A DNA stretch of 64,000 nt from Candidatus Aminicenantes bacterium (lineage in GTDB: Bacteria; Acidobacteriota; Aminicenantia; Aminicenantales; Saccharicenantaceae): assembly GCA_017999365.1 (NCBI GenBank), contig JAGNLW010000001.1, forward strand, positions 130,239-194,238, written 5' to 3'. The position numbers and the translations under genes were made by a program. The notes under the pieces are model-generated. The model was not told where the DNA came from and searched no databases. It saw only the letters and a list, made by a program, of their open reading frames with translations. Shown piece after piece: positions 53,816 through 60,810 of this stretch; position 1 is the first letter of the stretch; every line of letters begins with the position of its first letter.

Positions 53816-56800
53816 ATGAAAGCGGAGCCTTCCCGTTACGCCCGGGACCTCCAGCGCCTGCTCGAGGCCTGGGCGGGACCGAAGGGAAAACGGCGGCCGG
53901 GGCCCGGGACGACCGGGAACAGCGCCCTGGAGCTCCTGGAGCGGGTGGAGCGGGACCTCTCCGGGGGGCGGGGTCCATCTCGCGAGGCTGGCCGGGAGTT
54001 CCTGCGGATCACCTCCGATCCGCGCTTCCTCCGCGAGCTCGGCCGCACCGACCTCCAGACACGTTGGGCCGAGGCTTGCTTCGCCCTCATCCAAGCCACG
54101 GGATACGGCATCGGCGATCTCTTCGAGGACCGGGTCCGGGAGACGCCCGGCCGGGTCTTCCTCCAGGACATGGCGGTCTCCCCTCCCCGTCTCTGGACCT
54201 ACGAGGCGGCGGCCCGCCACGTCCGCGAGACCGCGGGGGCCCTCTACGCCCTGGCCGACGCGGAGGGGATCGAGCCGCGTCTGGCCATCTACGCCGAGAA
54301 CCACGCCGAGGGCGCCGTCGCCGACCTGGCCTGTCTTTGCACCGACATCCTCGACACCCCCGTCAATCCCCATTTCAGCCTGGAGAACGTCGTCGGCGTC
54401 TGCGACGCACTGGCCATCAACATGGTCCTGGCCAACGACCGGGAGCGGATCGGTCTTCTCCGCGAGGCCCGCCGGCGCGCGGCCCGGCCGTTCCGCATCC
54501 TGGTCACCGATCCGGGCCTGAACGACGGCGGAGAGGACATCGTCTTCCTGACCGAGTACGCCAAGCAGCTCGGCGCCCGCGACGTCGAGGCCCGCCTGGC
54601 CCGGCGCCGGCGCTTCCGTCTGGACGAAGTGGCCACGGTCATGTTCACCTCGGGTTCGACGGGCCGGCCCAAAGGCGTCTCGTTCTCCATCTACAACCTG
54701 ATCAGCAAGCGCTTCGCCCGGGCCGCCGCCCTGCCGCTGGTCGGCCCCGAAGAGGTCTTCCTGAGCTTCCTGCCGCTCTACCACACCTTCGGCCGGTACC
54801 TCGAGCTCCTGGGCACGATCTATTGGCGAGGAACCTACGTCTTCGCCGGCAATCCCTCGGCCGAGACCCTGTTCAGGCTCATGCCCAAGGTCCGGCCGAC
54901 CGGCTTCATCAGCGTCCCGGTTCGCTGGGCCCAGCTCCACGAGCGCTGCCTCGAGCGCCTCGACGCGGCGCCGGCCGGGGCCGACGCCGGGGCCATCGTC
55001 CGCGAGGTCGTCGGGACGCGCCTGGCCTGGGGGTTGTCGGCCGCCGGCTACCTGGATCCCCGGGTCTTCCGCTTCTTCCAGGCCCACGGCGTCGAGCTCA
55101 TGAGCGGCTTCGGCATGACCGAGGGCACCGGCGGCATGACCATGACCCCGCCCGGCGGCTACGTCGACAACTCCCACGGCCTGCCCCTCCCGGGCCTCAC
55201 GGCCCGGCTCGGGGAGAACGGCGAGCTCCAGGTCTCGGGCCATTACGTCGCCCGCTACCTCGAGGACAAGGGCCCCGGCGACACCGTCCCCGTCCCGACG
55301 GGCGACCCTGAGCGCGACCACTGGTTCGCGACCGGCGACGTCTTCGAGCGCCAGGCCAACGGCTACTACCAGATCGTCGACCGCATCAAGGACATCTACA
55401 AGAACAACCGCGGCCAGACCGTGGCCCCGCGCAAGGTCGAGGACAAGTTCGTCGGCGTGCCGGGCATCAAGCGGACCTTCCTCGTCGGCGACGGCCGGCC
55501 CTACAACGTCCTGTTCATCGTCCCGGACGCGGCCGACCGGGTCCTGGCCGGCGGGCTGGCCCGGGAGAGCGACCGGGAGAACCTCCGCGAGTATTTCCGG
55601 CGCATCGTCACGGCCGCCAACGAGGGCCTGGCCCCGTACGAGAGGGTCGTCAACTTCGAGGTCCTCGGGCGGGACTTCGATCCCGAGGCCGGCGAGGTGA
55701 CGGCCAAGGGCTCCTACAACCGCAAGCGCATCGAGGCCGCCTTCGCCGGGGCCATCGACGACCTCTACCGACGCCGCGCCGTCGACCTTCGCGGCCAGGG
55801 CCTGACCGTCCGTCTGCCGCTCTGGTTCTTCCGCGACCTGGGCATCCTCGAGGACGAGATCGTCCGCGACCGCGACGGCCTGCGGGACCTCAACAGGGGC
55901 CTGCGCCTGCCCCTGCGGCGCGGCTCGGACGGGCGGACCTGGCTCGTCGGCGACCTCGAGTACGAGATCGAGGGCGGCCTCCTCGACCTCGGGCTGTTCG
56001 CTCGCCAGCCCGTCCTCTGGGTCGGCAACCCCTCGCTGGCCGCCTTCGCTCCCTGCAAGGAGGGCTGGGACCTGCCCCTCGAGCCGGCCACCGGCTGGGT
56101 GTCCCTGCCGCGGCGCCGGGCCCGGACCTACACGGAGGCCGAGACGCCGCCTCCGGCCAAGCTCGGCGACGCCCGCCTCGGCCGCCTCCACGTCCTGCTG
56201 GCCAAGCTCCTGTTCTCGCCCGAGGACGTCCCGGACGCCGTCCTGGCCGAGGTCGAGCGCGTCTTCTACGAATCGCCCCTGCGGACCGAGGAGCTCGTCC
56301 GGGCCCGCCTGCGGGCCATGGCCTGGCACCCGAGCCCGCGGCTGCGCTGCTGGGCCTACCGCATCCTTCTCATCCACGACCCGGACATCGACTACGGCCA
56401 GGTCATGCCGGCCTTCGTCAGTTCGGGCCTGCCCTTTCTCGACCGGGAGAGCATCGACGAGATCGCCTCGGCCCGTCTCGGACGAGGCCGGCTGGACGCC
56501 TTCCGGGTCCGCCTGCGGGCCTACCGCGAGACCATGCCCTGGCCGGTCACCGCGCCCTACCGGCGCCAGTTCGAGCGCATCTTCCGCCTGCTCGTCGACC
56601 TGGCCGGGCGCGAGCCCTCCTTCTTCAGTTCCGTGCGGGCCGAGCTGGCCAGCTGGGTCCTGCACCGGGCCGACCCCGAACTGGCCCGGACGGCCGAGCG
56701 CCACCTCGACCGCATGGTGGCCCGGTTCGGCCGGAACGCCGCCGCCGGCACGCGCGCCGCGTCCGAACGCAGGCCGCCGCGCCCGATCTGCGACGACAGC

Positions 56801-58474
56801 CTGACGGCCGCCGAGGCCCGCCGGGTCCGGGCCGTCCTGGCCCTGCCCTCGTTCCTGCGCGACTCGGTCCGGCTGGCCTCCGGCGTCGAGGACTTCGAGG
56901 CCGGCCAGATCGCCGCCGACGGCCTGTGGGTCTCGCGCATCTACAGCGCGCCGCGCCGTTCGACCTATCGGGTCAGCGTCAACACCGCCGCCGGGCGCCA
57001 CTACGACCTCAAGCTCGTCCTGCCCGAGGGGCCGCGCGACGGGGCCGAGCGCGAGACCCGGCTGTGGTCGGCCGTGCTCTCGGACCAGCCCGGCGGGCCG
57101 CGCGTCCTGCCGCCGCTCGGGGCGACCGACGAGCGGACGGGCGCCGTGACCTGGCGCCACCTCGGCGACCTGACCGTCTGGGAGAAGATCCGCGAGTTCG
57201 CCGGACGGCGGGCCGTGGACGGGCCGCTGCCCGCGCCTTCGGTCTGGCGCAAGCTCTACGTCGAAGCCATGTCGGCCCTCTTCGGGGCCTGGCAGACGAG
57301 CGGCCGGCGCATCCTGCCGGGCCGTATCTCGCCGGTCAACGTCGTCGTGCCCGACCTCGAGTTCCGGGACGACACCTTCCTGGCCTCGATCGACGGCTGG
57401 CGTCCCTCTTCGGGCCCGCTGTCGCTCGTCCGCCCCATGGTCGACGGCTTCTACCGCCGGCCGGCGGCCAACTACCCCTGGCTCAAGGACCACCTCGACC
57501 TCGACTGGATCTTCGACGCCGCCTACGACGCCCTGGGCCGGGAGCGGGCCGCGGCCTTCTTCGACGCCCTCCAGCCCGAACTCGACCGCCGGCCGCTGCC
57601 CTCGCTGGCGGGGCAGGACCTGGCCGTCCGCCTGCGCCGGTACCGGGCCGAGTTCGCCCGGACCTACGTCTTCCCCATGCCGCCGTTGAGCGCGGTCGAG
57701 GCCTACCGCGAATGGCGGCAGGGCAACCCGCTGGCCCCGTCGCGGGACCGGGAGCGCAAGGTCCTCGACCTCTACCGGCGCTACTCCCTGGAGCGTTTCC
57801 CGGAGATCGTCCGCTACTACCTCTACCGTCACACCTATTTCGCCGGGCGGAGCGAGCGCATCGAAGCCCTCTTCGACCGCCTCTTGGCGCGGCTGGGCAC
57901 ATCCCTGGACGAGCCGGCCGTGCAGCGGACGGAGCTTTCGGACCTGCAGTCGGCCCTGCGCGACGAGCTCGACCGCCTCGTCTTCAGCCGTATGGTCTTC
58001 CCGCGCCTCGACCCGGACAGCCGTTTGGACGTCAGGACCAAGGGCGAAGAAGGCGAACGGCGGGTCGTCGTGCGGTCCTTCCTGCTCGACCGGGCCGGGC
58101 GGACCTACACCTTCAACGAGACCCTCGACCCGGCCGAGATCGGCCAGGCCTACCGGCTGTTCTTCAAGGAGAACTACCCCAAGATCGTCTCCCAACAGGA
58201 CCGACACTTCGTCCTCAAGGACGGGCAGGAGCGCATCGTCGGGGGGCTGTGCTACCGGATGTTGTCGAACCGGGTGGCCTGGATCGACGTCATCGCCGTG
58301 ACCTCGAACCTCAAGTCATCGGGACTGGGCGGGGCGGCCCTGGACGACTTCTGCGCCCGCATGGCCAGCCAGGGCGTGCCCCTGGTCATGACCCACCTCT
58401 ATCTGCCGGGGTTCTTCCTGAGGCACGGCTTCCGCCTGGACAAGCGCTGGGGCGCGCTGGTCAAGACGCTTTGA
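53816..58474 (+). CDS. Giant multidomain protein: N-terminal AMP-binding (ANL) adenylating domain, ~900-aa central region, C-terminal GNAT acetyltransferase domain
   Basis: GGGGGAGGGA RBS. AMP-binding motif MFTSGSTGRPKGV and later ANL blocks (GFGMTEGTG..., ...WFATGD...). The C-terminus has the GNAT beta-alpha-beta pattern ...VGGLCYRM...WIDVIAVTSNLKSSGLGGAALDDFC. 1552 aa. Confidence 0.75.
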   Translation: MKAEPSRYARDLQRLLEAWAGPKGKRRPGPGTTGNSALELLERVERDLSGGRGPSREAGREFLRITSDPRFLRELGRTDLQTRWAEACFALIQATGYGIGDLFEDRVRETPGRVFLQDMAVSPPRLWTYEAAARHVRETAGALYALADAEGIEPRLAIYAENHAEGAVADLACLCTDILDTPVNPHFSLENVVGVCDALAINMVLANDRERIGLLREARRRAARPFRILVTDPGLNDGGEDIVFLTEYAKQLGARDVEARLARRRRFRLDEVATVMFTSGSTGRPKGVSFSIYNLISKRFARAAALPLVGPEEVFLSFLPLYHTFGRYLELLGTIYWRGTYVFAGNPSAETLFRLMPKVRPTGFISVPVRWAQLHERCLERLDAAPAGADAGAIVREVVGTRLAWGLSAAGYLDPRVFRFFQAHGVELMSGFGMTEGTGGMTMTPPGGYVDNSHGLPLPGLTARLGENGELQVSGHYVARYLEDKGPGDTVPVPTGDPERDHWFATGDVFERQANGYYQIVDRIKDIYKNNRGQTVAPRKVEDKFVGVPGIKRTFLVGDGRPYNVLFIVPDAADRVLAGGLARESDRENLREYFRRIVTAANEGLAPYERVVNFEVLGRDFDPEAGEVTAKGSYNRKRIEAAFAGAIDDLYRRRAVDLRGQGLTVRLPLWFFRDLGILEDEIVRDRDGLRDLNRGLRLPLRRGSDGRTWLVGDLEYEIEGGLLDLGLFARQPVLWVGNPSLAAFAPCKEGWDLPLEPATGWVSLPRRRARTYTEAETPPPAKLGDARLGRLHVLLAKLLFSPEDVPDAVLAEVERVFYESPLRTEELVRARLRAMAWHPSPRLRCWAYRILLIHDPDIDYGQVMPAFVSSGLPFLDRESIDEIASARLGRGRLDAFRVRLRAYRETMPWPVTAPYRRQFERIFRLLVDLAGREPSFFSSVRAELASWVLHRADPELARTAERHLDRMVARFGRNAAAGTRAASERRPPRPICDDSLTAAEARRVRAVLALPSFLRDSVRLASGVEDFEAGQIAADGLWVSRIYSAPRRSTYRVSVNTAAGRHYDLKLVLPEGPRDGAERETRLWSAVLSDQPGGPRVLPPLGATDERTGAVTWRHLGDLTVWEKIREFAGRRAVDGPLPAPSVWRKLYVEAMSALFGAWQTSGRRILPGRISPVNVVVPDLEFRDDTFLASIDGWRPSSGPLSLVRPMVDGFYRRPAANYPWLKDHLDLDWIFDAAYDALGRERAAAFFDALQPELDRRPLPSLAGQDLAVRLRRYRAEFARTYVFPMPPLSAVEAYREWRQGNPLAPSRDRERKVLDLYRRYSLERFPEIVRYYLYRHTYFAGRSERIEALFDRLLARLGTSLDEPAVQRTELSDLQSALRDELDRLVFSRMVFPRLDPDSRLDVRTKGEEGERRVVVRSFLLDRAGRTYTFNETLDPAEIGQAYRLFFKENYPKIVSQQDRHFVLKDGQERIVGGLCYRMLSNRVAWIDVIAVTSNLKSSGLGGAALDDFCARMASQGVPLVMTHLYLPGFFLRHGFRLDKRWGALVKTL

Positions 58475-59405
58475 CGCGCAAATCGACGGAGACTTCCTTC
58501 TTGCCCAGGAACTCGTAGCCGACCGCGCCGAACTTGCACGACGAGACGCACTTCAGGCAGCGGACGCAATCGGGAGAGTTGGCCGATTCGTAGATGCTGA
58601 TCCCGACGGGGCACTCCTTGGTGCACTTGTCGCACAGGGTGCACTTGTCGGGGTCGACGGCCATGCGGAAAAGGCTGGCCTTGTTGAACAGGCCCCAGAA
58701 GGCGCCGAGCGGGCAGACCGTGCGGCAGAAGGGGCGGCGGCTGAGGACGAACCAGCCCAGGAACAGGACGAGCAGGGCCAGCTTCCAGTAATACATGAAG
58801 CCGATGAGGGGGCGCAGGTCGGCCTTGATGAGCATGAGCGGGATGCCGGCCTCGAGCGTCCCGGCCGGGCAGACCCATTTGCAGAACCAGGTCTGGCCGT
58901 AGCCGAACTGATCGACGACGAGCAGCGGCAGGGCCACGACCGTGGTGGCCAGGACGACGTAGCGGAAGTAGGTCAGGAAGCGCGGCACCTTGAGCTTGGG
59001 CGAAGGGATCTTGTGGACGAGCTCCTGGAAGAAGCCGAACGGGCAGACCCAGCCGCAGGGCATGCGGCCCACGGCGCTGCCGACGGCGGCCAGGAATCCG
59101 GCGACATAGAGGCCGAACTTCTTCTGGGCGATCGACAGGTTGAAACGCAGGCCGGCGAAGAAGGTCTGCATGGCGCCGACGGGACAGGCCCCCATGGCCG
59201 AGGGGCAGGAGTAGCAGTTGAGGCCGGGGACGCAGACACCCTTGACCGCGCCCTGGAAGATGCGGCCCTGGAACCACGACGGGATCCAGGCGTTGAGGCC
59301 GAGGGCGAAGAAGGCCTGGTACCAGGGGCGGCGGTCCCGGGGCTTGCGGGCCGCGGGCTTACGGGCCGGGACGGTCTTCCGGACGGCGCCCATGGTCGTC
59401 CTCAC
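58461..59405 (-). CDS. Membrane polyferredoxin (NapH/MauN/CcoG-like 4Fe-4S binding protein)
   Basis: Three transmembrane-type CxxCP motifs (PCGWVCPFG, FCKWVCPAG, FCRTVCPLG) plus two ferredoxin CxxCxxC motifs (CTLCDKCTKECP, CVRCLKCVSSC). Confidence 0.75.
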   Translation of the reverse strand: MRTTMGAVRKTVPARKPAARKPRDRRPWYQAFFALGLNAWIPSWFQGRIFQGAVKGVCVPGLNCYSCPSAMGACPVGAMQTFFAGLRFNLSIAQKKFGLYVAGFLAAVGSAVGRMPCGWVCPFGFFQELVHKIPSPKLKVPRFLTYFRYVVLATTVVALPLLVVDQFGYGQTWFCKWVCPAGTLEAGIPLMLIKADLRPLIGFMYYWKLALLVLFLGWFVLSRRPFCRTVCPLGAFWGLFNKASLFRMAVDPDKCTLCDKCTKECPVGISIYESANSPDCVRCLKCVSSCKFGAVGYEFLGKKEVSVDLRVKAS

Positions 59406-59536
59406 CCGATCCCGATGCAGTCGAGGCAGACCGTGACGGCCTTCTCGAGGACGGTCCGGTACTCGCCGAGCAGGAGACCGGCGGTCATGACGGCCAGGGA
59501 CAGGACCAGGAGGACCCAGGGCAGCCGGCGCTTCAT
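59402..59536 (-). CDS. Small (44-aa) membrane protein ending in a CLDC motif
   Basis: MKRRLPWVLLVLSLAVMTAGLLLGEYRTVLEKAVTVCLDCIGIG. Located between the thioredoxin and polyferredoxin genes, with overlapping or abutting stops and starts. Coordinates are taken from the ORF-track frame. Confidence 0.45.
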   Translation of the reverse strand: MKRRLPWVLLVLSLAVMTAGLLLGEYRTVLEKAVTVCLDCIGIG

Positions 59537-60171
59537 TTCACTCCCCCGCCGACGAGAGCGGCGACGGCCTTGTCGAGCGCGGCCTCCAGCTCGTCGGTGG
59601 CCCCGACGTGGGCATGGGTGACGGTGCCCGTCGCATTGAAGACATAGACGACCGGGATCTCCTGGACGCCGTAGGCCTTCTTCATATCCTTGGCCGTCGC
59701 GGCCACGCCCGCGGCGGCGGGAGCCGTGGGCGCGTCGGCCAGCATGGGATAGGTGATCTTGAGCTTGTTGTAGAAGGGCTTGACGACCTTGCCTCCGGCC
59801 TCGTCGAGGGCGATGCCCAGGACGACCAGGCCGCCCTCGGTCCGGTCCGCGGCCGGCCCATAGGTCTCGCTGAGCTTCTGCATGTGGGGCATGGCCTTGC
59901 GGCAGGGCACGCACCAGGTGGCCCAGAAATCGACCAGCACGGCCGCCGGGTGGGTCTTGACGGTCTTGGTCTCGCCGGCCACGGTCTCGGTCACGGTGAG
60001 GGTCAGCCGGCCGTCTTCCACGGCGACGGCATAGTCCTTGCCGTCGACGTTCTTGAGCGAGAACGGCACGAGCTTGGCCCCCGGCTTGAGCACGGCGAAG
60101 GCCGGCAGGACGAGGAGCAGGGCCAGGAGCAGGATCGGGACCGTCAGGGCGAAACCGCGGCGCGTCTTCAT
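59533..60171 (-). CDS. Periplasmic thioredoxin-fold protein (TlpA/ResA-like), WCxxC
   Basis: Start ATG 60171 (signal MKTRRGFALTVPILLLALLLVLPAFA). VLVDFWATWCVPCRKAMP is the thioredoxin active site. Confidence 0.8.
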   Translation of the reverse strand: MKTRRGFALTVPILLLALLLVLPAFAVLKPGAKLVPFSLKNVDGKDYAVAVEDGRLTLTVTETVAGETKTVKTHPAAVLVDFWATWCVPCRKAMPHMQKLSETYGPAADRTEGGLVVLGIALDEAGGKVVKPFYNKLKITYPMLADAPTAPAAAGVAATAKDMKKAYGVQEIPVVYVFNATGTVTHAHVGATDELEAALDKAVAALVGGGVK

Positions 60172-60224
60172 GCTCCCCAGTTTAGCGGAATAAAGGGGAC
60201 GATTCCAGGGGAACATCCCCATTT

Positions 60225-60791
60225 CTAGAATCTGACGACGAAGCCGAGGCCGGCCGAGAGGCCGCCGATCTTGGCCTCGAGGGGGTCCTCGGCGTCGCCG
60301 GCGGTCAGGGTGCAGGCCCGGTAGCCGGCGTGGACGTCCAGGCCGAACGACCGGCCCATCAAGAGGACGAGCCCCGCCTGGCCCAGCGCGCCGAGGCCGC
60401 TTTCGCTGGCCGCGCCGAGCGCGTTCCTTTCCTTGAACAGGAAGTAGGCGGCCGCGGCGCCGAGATAGGGACGGACGCCCTTGCGGCCGAATTGGAGGCG
60501 CAGGCCGGCGAAGAGCGGCGTGATCGTGACCTTGGTCGTCTCCTCGGATTCCGTCGTCAGGCCCCGCTTGGAGAACAGCTCGACGCCGGCCCAGGCCCGC
60601 AGCGGCCCGGCCACCGGCACCGCGAGGTCGAGGCCGAAAGCCGGCCCGCCGCCGTAGACGTCGCGGAAGACGGCGTCGGACGGGGTGAAGTAACCGCCCT
60701 TGATCGTGAGCGCGGTCTCGGCCGCTCGGGCCCCGGCCGCTGTCAGGGCCAGGGCCAAAAGCGCGGCCGCCGCCTTCGTCGCGTGTCTCAT
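60225..60791 (-). CDS. Outer-membrane beta-barrel protein (OmpW/porin-family-like)
   Basis: Signal peptide. Alternating hydrophobic strands. Ends ...GLGFVVRF with a terminal Phe. Confidence 0.75.
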   Translation of the reverse strand: MRHATKAAAALLALALTAAGARAAETALTIKGGYFTPSDAVFRDVYGGGPAFGLDLAVPVAGPLRAWAGVELFSKRGLTTESEETTKVTITPLFAGLRLQFGRKGVRPYLGAAAAYFLFKERNALGAASESGLGALGQAGLVLLMGRSFGLDVHAGYRACTLTAGDAEDPLEAKIGGLSAGLGFVVRF

Positions 60792-60810
60792 CGCGAGCTC
60801 CTTCTATTCC

